This document shows positions 24,901-36,900 of a stretch of DNA of 57,415 bases, in pieces. The notes under the pieces are model-generated. The model saw only the letters and a program-made list of their open reading frames with translations. It was not told where the DNA came from and made no database searches. The translations under genes were made by a program, and so were the position numbers. The stretch lies in NCBI GenBank assembly GCA_002269645.1, contig NIVC01003190.1, positions 1 to 57,415 on the forward strand. Reading direction: 5' to 3'. Source of the DNA: Macrostomum lignano. Its lineage: Eukaryota. Each line of letters opens with the position of its first letter. The stretch's first letter is position 1.

Positions 24901-27900
24901 TAAATGCCACTTCGGCGACCTTCAAGTTGACCAGTGAGCAGCAGTCAAGGCCGGTGCAAATGCCGATGGCAGAGCAGCTGACCTCACGCGAGTCGGGCGC
25001 AGACACGTGCGGGCACTGGACACTGGCTTGTCCAAGGTCGGACTTCTGGCACTGTCGCTCTCTAAGCAGGCCGATGTCCATTCCGAGCTGAGTCGCCACG
25101 ATGCCGCTGACTCCGCGGTCAACATTCGACCATTCAAGCCTGGAGCCGTCCAAACAGACGGGAACCGGGAACTCCTGATCGTGAAGAATATTCGCTACTC
25201 GATTGCAATCGTTGGCATCGCAGTACTCAAGCGACATGCCTACTATGAAGCTTTGCAGTTGTTGCGCTTTTGCCACCTTGAATCGCAGGGTGAGCTGGTC
25301 GCCGATCTTCTGCTGCTGCTCTTCATTCCATCCAGTAAAATTCATGAGAGTGCCATTCAGATACCAGCGCTCAAAGCCAACTGAATACGTGTAGGTACAA
25401 GGATCGAACTGAATCCAGGTGGAGAAGCTCCTATTGAGCAGCTTGTAGTCCACTAGCTGGCAGCACTCAACTCCTAGGCAGCCGGGTGCCAGGCCACAAG
25501 TTGTGAATTCTGGCAAGGCAGGCACATTAGCGTGTGAGCAAGTCACATTTCTGCTCAAAATTTCGTTCACTACGCATTGACGATCCGCCAGGAAGTTCGG
25601 GGACAGCTTCAGCCGGTTAGCGATAAGACCTCTTGTGGCCTCTTCGACAGATTTGGCATGACCGGCCGCGTTTACTGAAATTACAAATTCAGTTATTATC
25701 AAATTCCTGATAAGTAATAGCTTCAAAGTACAAAGGAACTACAATACGGCTCACATTCAGGCCACACGAGTCCTGATGCTCCGCAGGCTGGAATGGGTAT
25801 CACTGCCATATCAAGCAGCTTGATGTCGAATGTACACTGGAAGTCGTAGCAAAACTCTACTGACAGCGTGGCCAACAGCTGACCGTCGGATGCTCGGCCA
25901 TATTCGAAATTGACTGACAGCGAGTTGCCAATCTTCTCCTTGTAGCTGCGACCTATGAATTTTTAGACAGTTGGTTTAAGCCTTTTTGAGCACACAGTTC
26001 TGTCGCAAATCGTCATATGAATAGTCTCACCGATATGATTAAGAAGACTAATGTTGAACTTCCAGTTTTCAAAGCCAGTTTCGAACCGCAGACCGCACGG
26101 GTCGATCTCGAGCCAGACGTGGAATTGCTTTTTAAACGATAGCAGCTGCAGGTCGACACAGCAATCCATTTCCAGACAGTCGTCGCTAATTCTGCACTTG
26201 GCGCCCTCAGGAAGATGCGGAGGCACAGTGAAATGCGGACAGTTCTTTCTTGACACCGCGGCCGAAGTGACGATTGAGCAGTTCTCAGGTTTGAACACGC
26301 CTGGAGGGATGTTCAACCGCTTCAGCGCTATCTCAGCGGCATTGTCCCAGATCTTGCTGCCGTCGACCTTATCAAAGTCCCCTAAGAGTGTAAAAATAAT
26401 TTTTTCGTAAATCCATTTTCTTCTGTTACCCCTTGTAGAGTGTTCTACCTCCCGTTAAAAAAGGAAAAAAGAAGATAATCGTATAATACTACTATAAGTA
26501 AGTAAGTACACGCATGTGCGCCTAAGCTTTGAATGAATCACGCTACCAGAAAAAGATGTTACCAGAATAATACGCCATGAGCCATTTTCCCCTTTTAGCG
26601 CAACACGTGAATTGTCATGATACTTGAGTTGCCGATGCATTTCGTCCATTTGCATTAGGACATCGTCAGGGTCTTTTTATTGAACGTGTTGACCCACCCG
26701 ATTCTGAAAAATGAAAGATCTCTTCAGAATTTTTTGAGAACTTATGTCAAGCCGCATGTGAGCCCTGAGATTTTTAAGGTGATTGTCCCAAATGGTAGCC
26801 AACCTGGACAACTGTATGGTCTGTGCAAAGTTCATAAGGATGGTCATCCTTTAAGACCAATTGTTTCGATGATCAACACTTCAGAGTATGAGCTAGCCAA
26901 ATTCCTTGACAATTTAATTAAACCTGTTATTCCTTCTGAGCACTGTGTGGGATCCAATAAACAGTTTATTGAGAGCCTCAGCAATACCACGATTAATCAA
27001 ACTGACAGGCTTTATAGCTTTGATGTTGTTTCACTGTTCACCAACATCCCTCTCGATTTCACCATTGAGCTGGCTGCTGATCTTGTGTATGAAAAAACCG
27101 ATCCACCTCCTTTCTCCAAAGCCACTTTTAAGAAGATGCTCAAATTCGCCACCTCCGGCATCTTTCTTTTTCGGGACAAATATTACAGACAGATTGATGG
27201 GTGTGCCATGGGCAGCCCTCTCGCCCCAACCCTCGCTAATTTATGCATGGCCCACTGGGAGAAGGACTGGATGGCCCTCCCTTGTGCGCCTCACTTCTAC
27301 AAACGCTACGTCGATGACACGTTTGCGATCTTTGAGGACGAAGCTAAGAAGGACGAGTTTTTTAAGTTAATCAATTCTACTCATGAGAATATCAAATTCA
27401 CGGCGGAGGGGGGAGGCAGGAGACTTCCTTTCTTAGACATTGACGTTGACGCCACCGATGAAACTATTTCGACCAGCGTGTATAGGAAACCTAGCTTTAC
27501 CGGGCTTATGCTTAGGTTTGACGCCTTGTGCCCTAGACAATGGAAAACCGGATTGATTCGTTGCTTTCTTCACCGGGCTTTTTCCACTTGCAGCTCTTGG
27601 AGACTTTTCCACAACGAAGTTGAAATCCTCACCAATCTGCTCAGCTACAATGGCTATCCTAAGAACTTTGTGATGAAAATTGTCAACTCTTTTCTCAATG
27701 ACAAACTGACTGAACCTAATCGGATGAAAGTTCGTGATTCCACCTCTGAATGTCCCTTGATCACTTTGCCTTACTTTGGTGTTTGTTCTATAGAGTTTAA
27801 AAAGAAGTTAGAAAAGCTGCTCCGTAAAGACTTAAACACTCAAATCCGTGTTGTGTTTCGCACCGAAAAGATTGCTAAGTTTGTCTGCAAGTTGAAATCC

Positions 27901-30900
27901 AGTGTTCCACGTCCTCTCGCGGCTGGTGTCGTGTATAAATTTGTTTGCTCTGAGGACCAGAGCATCTCCTACATAGGAAAAACTAAACGACACTTATACA
28001 CGAGGGTCAGAGAGCACTGGCTAAAAAACTCTGCTATTAACGAACACCTGCTAACCTGCAATTCTTGTTGTGAGGCTGAACCACACGAAATGATAAAGGC
28101 TATTGATTTTTGTAATAGAGATCACATGCTCTGCCTATTAGAAGCCCTGTACATTAAGACCAAACAGCCCACGTTAAATAACCAACTTGCGATGGGTGGG
28201 GCTAGCCGTCAACTCAGAATTTTTTAGCTGATTTGTCAATGACCGGACTGGCTTGAAACTGATATGCACTTTACCCAACCAATACTGTATCAAAAATTGA
28301 TTACTATGTACAAGTTTTAAACCATCAATTAAAAACTCAATTCAACTACTCTTGTTACTCTCAACTATCTATATATACTGAATATTCGTTCAAATTGTTT
28401 CTCAATAAAAAGACCCTGACGATGTCCTAATGCAAATGGACGAAATGCATCGGCAACTCAAATAATACTTCATGTTGATATTTACCTTTATTTATCTACT
28501 CTTCATCAAGCGAGCCACTTTACCTGATGTCATGATACTATTTTGGATCAAAAACTTGTCTATAAATACAAGCGATCTGAAGCGGTACCGGAGCCATTCT
28601 CCCCACGGAAGAGGAGCGCTCCGAAGAGGAAGCCTTAGGAGGACTTCCTGATATACCAAGTCAATCGAGACTCGGTCGAGTTGTTGCGGTAAGCCTTCCT
28701 TATTTGCGCCGTTGTGTTAGAGACGTCTCGCTCAAGTCTATTGAGACTTGAGTCTATTTGAGTCTGTTGAGACTCTTGAGTCTGTTTAGACTCCATTGGT
28801 TGCAGTCTACAGAAGGACTGCCCCTGATAGATCTTAGAGGACTATCAGTGGTTTCCGGAGCTATACCTAGAGTGCATAGAGGCACTGCTAGAAGAAGGAG
28901 GCTTAATTTAGACCGCAGTTTGGCGCAGGGATCCCACTGTTAATTCGGAAGCTTCCCATTGGTCCGAGCGACAGAATCCGGCCGGAACTATTTGAAGAAG
29001 AAAGAAGAATCGGACCCGCTCTACAAACGAAAGTCAGAAGTGACTATACGAGAGCAACTGAAGACAATCGAGAACTACTCCGAGAGATCTCCAAAGGACT
29101 CAAGGTAATTGAATACCTTCTGTTGACTTACTGGGTTGCCTAGCTGCTGAGCTAGAAGTGATTGTTCCTTGATTATCGAAAGTCGGGTAATAAGGAACAC
29201 ATCACCCTGAAGTACCATTACTTACAGTCAATCGTTCCGTTGGTGTGACACAGAGGCACCTGCAACCGCTGATTGTCAAGTAGGCCAACCACTGTGCAGG
29301 GCTGTCCTGCATCGTCAAGGCAGAGCTCGATCCTCGCCGTGAGGACAAACTCTTTGTCGTCGGCAGACTTGTCCAGGTTGTAGATCAGACGGACAGTTTT
29401 GGCAATCTGTTCTCGCTGTTCAACGCCCCACACGAAGCTCAGCAAAGTTCGATTTAACAGCCAGTTATCGAATGAGATTGACAGCACCATCACGCAGGGG
29501 TCAACGAAGGCTCGTACCAAAAATGAGCGGCTCACGATTCCGAGATCGAGCTTGGCGCAACAGTCCACTCCCATGCAGCCGTCTGAGTGGGCGCATCGCA
29601 GATTCTCAAGGCCATGGATCGGTGGCATGTGAGGACATTTGTCCGGTGGAGGAGACGCCAGGTTGCACTGACTCGGCCTGAGGTACCTGGACGCGATTCC
29701 CAGTCGATTAACCAGAAGGCCGCTAACGCTGCGTTCGCCGATGCTTGGCCAGCTGAGGCCGCCGCCGGAGTTGCAGCCCGGAATGGGCAGCGCTGTGTTC
29801 TCTAGGAAGATACGCTCGCTACTGCAGCCGCCGTCCTGGCAAATAGTTACACCAAATGTGAAAATAAAGTTTTGGAAGTCCGCGCTACGGTCCAGCTTGG
29901 TGCGGATCTTAACGTTGCCCAGCTGGTGCACATACGGCGTGCCAAACAAGCCAAAGTTGCCGATGAGGCTCTGCGTCACTACCCAACGCTCAAATCCGAA
30001 AGTGTAAATAAATTTGCAGGGGTCCACAGAAATCCAAAATTTAAAGCTGCGACTGGCCACTCCCAGGTTTATGTCCATGCAGCAGTCGATTCCGGTGCAC
30101 TGCGACGTCAGCTTGCAGCGCATCCCGGCGGGCAGACTGGGAATTATCGTGTGAGGACAGGCCGAAAAACTTCTTTGGATCTCAACGTCACCAAGGCGAC
30201 ACGAGTCGTCACTGATGACTCCTCGCTCCAGATTGAGTCTGGTCAGCACCAGACCGCTGATACCCTTGATTGTGTGCGACACCTGATCGCGTTCTGCAAA
30301 AAGTTGGCTCGTATTTTTATAAATATCAATCCATAAATTGTCAAAATTGTTTAAACCGTTACATGGAAAATGTAGTTACCAACTGTCCAGGACAGTGATC
30401 CATTGCTGTAGCACCGAGGTATCGGCATCAGGTAGTGGTTCAGGAAGTTTGTGTTGGCCAGCTCGCAGTAGCCCTCCTTGCAGATTGCCAGTCTAGCCGT
30501 CACAATAAGGTTCAGCAGATCCGGTGTTCTCGTCAGGTTGTATCTTAAAGAGGAGCAATGTCAAAGTAAAAAAATTGCGAGACATGTTTTGCTTGTTTGA
30601 AATATGTTCAGTGAAAGCAAAGAACCAAAAAAATTCATTTCGAGCGCGCACCTGAGCTCCACGGTTGATCCGGCAATCTTAAGCAGCTTGTCCTGCCCCC
30701 AGTCAAAGTGGAACAGCGATTGGTTGTAAAAGAAATTCTCGAATCCGATGTAGAACGAGTAGGTGCACGGATCAACCAGCTGTGTGTAGAAAAAGTGTCT
30801 GCTATACACCTTGAAGTCAAGCTCTGTGCAGCACTCGATGCCCAGGCACTGGTCATGAATCTTGCAGTTGTACGGCTCTCGGTTCAAGCGGAGGGTTACG

Positions 30901-33900
30901 TCGGCGAATGTGCAGTGCGGCGGCCACTTTTTAGCGTAAAGTTCAGGACGGCATTGCGGCTGTTTCAGCAGCTGCCGGTCAAGCTCGAGCCGGTTCATCA
31001 GCACTCCGGTGGCTGCGTCTATCGGGTTTTCGATTCCACCCTCAGGATTGAGTTTAGGCCATTCAAGGCTGCCGTTCGACAGGCAGTGAGGAATTGGCAC
31101 CCTGGCATCGCTCAGCAGAGGTAGAACCTCATCGTTGCAAGAGGCGTGGCCTGCGCAGTTGGCTACGTGCCAGGCGAGCTCCAGCTGGCCATCATGGTGC
31201 CTGTTAAACTGAATATCGATGGACAGCGCCTTGCCGATCAGGATCTTCAACCATTTACTGAAGTCGGTAAAAACTGGCCTGGTAATGGCCCAATTCTCGA
31301 ACTGAGCGCTAAAGGTCATGGCACACGGGTCAAGTCGCAACGAGGCGCTGAAGCTTTTCTCCAATGTGATCAGTTTGAGCTTGACGCAGCATCTCAGCTC
31401 CAGGCAGTCATCAGAAAGCTGGCACTGGACTGAATCGGGCAAGTCGCGAGTCAGCCTGAAGTTCGGGCAACGTGGGTTCGCCAAACTACTGCTTCCTGGA
31501 GGTAGGGCGCAGTCACCCTGTTTGAGAAAGTCTTTTTCCAGTCCGAGCCGCTGCATGAGCATCTCTCTGGCCTTGTCCACCATGTGGTCGCGGATGTCGG
31601 AAGAGTTGAATTCGGGCCAGCTGAGGTTGCCAGAACCAGAGCAGAGCGGCACGGGCAGCCTCGCTTCATTCAGAAGAGTAATCGGAGTTGCTAGGCAGTT
31701 GCCATCCAAGCACAAGTCGAAGGCGGCATCCAGAAAAAGCGCACTGTCATCTGGTTTGTGGTCTAGCTTGTACTTCACCAGAAGACTGTCACCAATGTGC
31801 TCCACCCGCTGCTCTCCCCATGGGTAGTTGAGGATGGAGCGATTGAACGCCCAGTTTTCGAAACCAAAGCTCACAATGTGCTGGCACGGGTCCACGAACG
31901 CCCAGGCCGAGAATGAGCGGCTAACGAACCCGAGGTCGAGGTCTAGGCAGCATACGAGACCCATGCAGAGGTGATGCAGCTGGCAGTCGGCCTGGGAAGG
32001 CAGCTGTGGCTTGTCAAAGTAGGGGCAGCTCTCGATTGGCGCCAAAGAGTTGCGGCTGCACTGCAGCTGCCGCAGAAACTTTGGCGAGACTCCGAGCCGA
32101 TTGACGAGCAGTCCGCTGATCTGATGGCCAATCGTCTCTGTAAGAGAGTTTTGACCGTTTGGTTTTTTATCCACAAATTTTCAAGTACAAGTATCAAGAA
32201 ATCTTACTAAATTGTTATCGTCTGCATTCGTTGAATCTAGCACGTACTACGAGGTAGTTCATTGTTTTAAAATATTCTTTTCCGGTGTTATTTAAAATCA
32301 AGCCGAATATCATTTGCGACTTATGCAAATGCAACTTAGAAGAAACATTTGTAAGACATTTGTGACATTGTAAGAGAACTGTTAGCACCAGCTAACTCAC
32401 ATGACCAGAATTAATGATAATTCTTATTTACAAAATAAACAGATAACCGTTTACAGTTTTAACCAACTTGCTCCAGTTCTAAACTTTGAATTTATCTCGC
32501 CCTCTGTGAGTCAAATACCGCTCCTGTGGACTGCACCTGCTTTTCAACTATTCTAATAAATGTTTGGAACGATAGCAGTGCCGTTTTCTCCCGTGTAACA
32601 TGCGGCAGTTATCGCTAATCTGATTGACACACACCACAGCTATCCCTGCAATATGCTCAAACCTTTGCTAGGCCAGAACAGGGTTCCGTTCGGGGCGCAG
32701 CCAGGGATCGGGACCTCGGTGGCGGTGAGCAGCCGCATCTCCGGCAGCCAGTCTCCGTCCAGTCGGAATTGCACCGCGCCGGAGATCACGAAATTCATAA
32801 GGTCCGGTGTCTTGCTCAGGGTGTACCTGGACAAAAATTGTTCGGGTAGAATTCGAATCATGATTTAACAGTTGAAATTTAATGACACTGCCATCAATAT
32901 AGGCCCCAGAAAAAAATCTTAATCACAACACTTGGACATATGTGTAGACAAGTACGTGTAAAATTCAATAATTGCAGTTGTGCGATCTGACCCTAACCCT
33001 AAGTTTAAGCCTTAGTCTCTTATAAATCAATTGAGCCACGCCGAATTTGCACGCAGCGATTCGACTTTATTATTGATTTTTGACCTTACTGTAATTTACT
33101 GATTCACAATTCAATCGTTCTTTTATTAATGGAAGCCTATGGTAGCCTAATAATTATGGCAGGGTTTTAATGTATTTTTTTTTATTTTCCGCACTGGACT
33201 TCAATGCGCTGCAGATGCCTGATGATGAGTGATTCATTACACTCAAGTAGTTTAACCGCATATTCTCTCTCAACTGTCGCATTTTTACTTAGTAGTACAT
33301 GATAAAACCTTCTTGAATGCTTAGCTAAACAAAATACGCTCGTAAATGAAATTTAAATTACCAACTACTTAACTTGAGAAACATTAGGAAACCGATCAAA
33401 CACACACCGAGCCCTTTAGCTACCCAAGTTTAGTAAGTTAACCGACTTACCTCAATCGAACAGCCTTCTCAATCTGAACATTCTGCTCGGTGCCCCATGG
33501 GAACACTATAAAGCTGGTGTTCCTGTGCCAGTTCTCAAATCCAAAATCGACAGTGAAGGTGCACGGATCGACTCTAAACCAGAATTCGAACGCGCGCCTC
33601 ACGATGCGCAAGTCGAGGGTGGCGCAGCACTGGAAGCCGGTGCATTCGGCAGTCGGCCTGCAGGCGATGCTGCGGTCCGGCAGATCCGGCAGCCGGAAGT
33701 ACGGGCAGCGACCGCTGGGCACCATCTCCGCCACCGGACACTCAGAGGAGCGCAAGAAGTTGGGCGGAACGGCCAGGCGGGTGGCCAGAATGCCGCTCAG
33801 GCCCGACTGCCAGTCAACTGAAAGCAAAGAAGAATGACACGTCACGTTGACAAGCTCAGAACTGGACGAGTTTGACAATGTAGAAATTTGGGGGCTTGTA

Positions 33901-36900
33901 AAATTTATGTCTAGTGAGAGTAGCAAGTAAAACTTTTCGAAGATGTCAAGGTATTTTCGATAATATAAAGTTTCGTGCTCATGCATTTGAAACCATGCGA
34001 ATCATTTGAAACACTTTCTATTAGACAGAAATCTAAAAAAAACTAGAAAACTACGGGAGTCTGAGCTCACCTTGCGGCCACGACAGCGAACCGTTGCCAT
34101 TGCAGTATGGCACAGGCAGCGTGTAGTTCTCAAACAGCTGCACACTGATGTCGCAGTCCGTGCCAGAGCAGATTGACACTTTCATTGACAGCACAATGTT
34201 AGTAAGATCCTTAGGTTTGTTGAGCACGAATCTGCAATGATGAAGTTTTTTTATTAGCAGCAAAGGGGTTGTGTGCACCCTGACGCACTTTAAGCGACAT
34301 TGCCACACAACCGGTGAGAGGAATTACTTGCCCTCCCCTGAGCAGGGCGTGCGCATACGTACGCAGTCAAACGCACAGGCACACACTCACACAGGAGTTT
34401 ACAGCGGCCCTAACTTTATTTATCGCTAAGCATGTACACTTCACTGTGCCTTGGGGTTAGGCTCTCAAGGGCATTAATTGCAGGATCAGACCCGAGCTGA
34501 GATTTCAATTTAGCCTCAAATTAATGTGACTGCATTTGAATCCGAGCCTGGGCCGCAGGTACATCAGAGCGCCACGCTAGACCACTGGACTACGATTCCC
34601 CTCACTGAGGAATTGTTCAATGTATGGTGCTTTAAAATGCAGTTGTAAAAAGCAGAAAGAGCTTCTTGCTGCTTATTGCAATAATTACTCGAGCTTCAGC
34701 GAGCTGCCGATTCTTTCCGTGCGCTTGACTCCCCAGTCAAAGGACAGCAGCGAGGTGTTGAAGTGAACCTTCTCAAAGCCAACGCTAAAATCGTAACTGC
34801 ATGGGTCAATCTTCAGCCAGAGGTGAAAGGCCCGCTTCAGCAGCTTGAAGTCGGCCATGGCGCAGCACTCGACGCCCATGCAGCCCGCAGTGAGGGTGCA
34901 GTTCATCGACGGCGGCAAGCTGGGCATCGAGATCGTGTTCGGGCAGTCTGCGTGGATGGCGAGGGTTGACTGGCTAAATTTGCAGGCGACAGACGAACAA
35001 CATAAAGCAAAGAGATAAGCAGTCATGCCCAATACGATGAGTCTTGATCACGCACTCACAGGGTGTTACAGCAGCCCTAACAGCCACTTGCACCTTCTGT
35101 GCTTTGATGTTTGTCCCTCATGGGTGTCGGGAATCACACAAGCTCTAGGACGGTTTTTCGTGCACAAGCTCTAAATTAACGTCTGCCGCACGTGGAATGG
35201 AACCCGGGGGAATTTTTGTAAGAAAACGACACTCATTTAACCACTGAGATGAGAGTTTTATTAGCTATTTGTTATACAACGCCCATGATCCGCAGATTGT
35301 CTCATCGTTTGTTAAGTCCACTTGGACTGGCTCTAGTTAATAAAGAGTTTGTTTTTTTACCAAATGACCGGAAGTCGCTTTAAATAGCTGTTCTGTTGCG
35401 TCGGGCAAGTGAGTAGGTTCTTTATTTATGTCTGCCACTTGTAAAGCGCACGAGATGTGGACCCCTGGGGATCCAAGTCTTAGGCTCAGTGCTGACCACA
35501 GGTACAAAAGCACCAAACCGCAATGGAACCTTACCACTCTTCGGAGGCCAGATGTTCATATCGACTGGGGAGCACGCTGTGCCGCGAAGGATGTTGGCGG
35601 TGATGCCCACTCTGTTCAGGATGATCTTAGTGCCCGCATCGAAAATCGACTTGGCCATGTCTTGCGGATCGACTGTGGGACAGAAAGAGCAAACTGGAAT
35701 TAGTAGCTTTTCGCCCACTTTAAGATACTGAAGAAGGTTATCTGATTCTCTCACATTTTGGCCAAGACAGCGTGTTATCGGAGCGGCAGTAGGGAATGGG
35801 CAGCGGAGCGGAGTCAATCAGCCACGCAGTTGGCAACAACGATAGGCCGTCCAGCTGGGTGCCGACCCCGAAGCTCACGACCAGCTCGTTCCGATCCGTG
35901 CGGTCGAATTTGAAGCTGTAAAATATTATAAAAAGTCTGTTGATTTCCTCTCCGAACTAAATTTTGCGGGAGGGATTATTCGCCTCACCTCAAATCGATG
36001 GCCTTGCCAATGGTCTCCGTGTGCATGAGGCCCCACTTGTCGAACAGTGACCGGGTCCAGTTCCAATTTTCAATGCCAACCCCCACAGACAGCTGGCAGG
36101 GGTCGAACTTTGCCCAGGCGTTGTAGCTGTAGCGGAAGTTGCCCAGCTGCAGGCTGAGGCAGCACTCAACCTCCAGACAGTTGTCTTTGATGCGGCACTT
36201 CAAGTTCTTATCGCCGTTCAGATGGTCCGATAGTTTGAACAGCGGACAGTCTGAGAATGCATAAAATATTAGCGTTGAAATCTGATTGATTGCAGCATTA
36301 AATGGACAAAACATACAAATGGCTACCCACTTGATTGCTGCCGAGAAGAGCTCTGCCACTCGGAGCCTTCAACTGAGCAGTTTTGCATCCGGAAGAACTT
36401 CTTGTCCAGCCCGATGCGCTGCAGAGTGATGCCCATGGCTGTGTCCTTGATGTTCCCGCCAATGCTGCTTCCCAGGTTGATTAGGTCTGCAAATATTTCA
36501 CTTACATTTTGATACACCTATTCTCATAACATGGTTCTTTAAATCAGTATAGCGTTAAGGTTATGGCAGAAGCACAATGCCTCGCAGAATAAGGCGGGAG
36601 GGAAGAGTGTTAGCAAAATGCCTTTCATCGGGTGAATATGTATAGCAATTATATAAAGGTTTCTTATGCAGTCTAAGCTTTTCAATTTGATAGACAGGCA
36701 CTATTGAACAGTATAACTTGAATAAATGTTGAATAAGTGCAATCTCGGACCTGCAATGCCAACTGAAGCCTCCCTGTTGCAAACCAGCTGCGGAATTTCG
36801 TAGCCGTGCAGCACAACGGACTCTTGGTTGATGTCCTCCACCTTCAGCGATATTGTTAGGTCAAAAGTGAACACGCGCCTAGAGCTGTCCTTTGCGATCC

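Larger units (their letters stand above)
26625..28527 (+). mobile_element. Penelope-like retroelement (RT + GIY-YIG endonuclease), 5'-truncated, with inverted pseudo-LTR ends
   Basis: RT+EN ORF; 60-bp perfect inverted repeat 26624-26683 / 28402-28461; 12-bp direct repeat TGTCATGATACT at 26613-26624 and 28528-28539 (probable TSD); lies antisense in intron 38 of the giant gene. Confidence 0.88.

Noticed and set aside
26680-28227. Calling the RT a LINE, LTR-retrotransposon or telomerase RT
   Set aside because: The C-terminal GIY-YIG domain, inverted pLTR and hammerhead motif identify a Penelope-like element; there are no APE, RNase H or integrase motifs.
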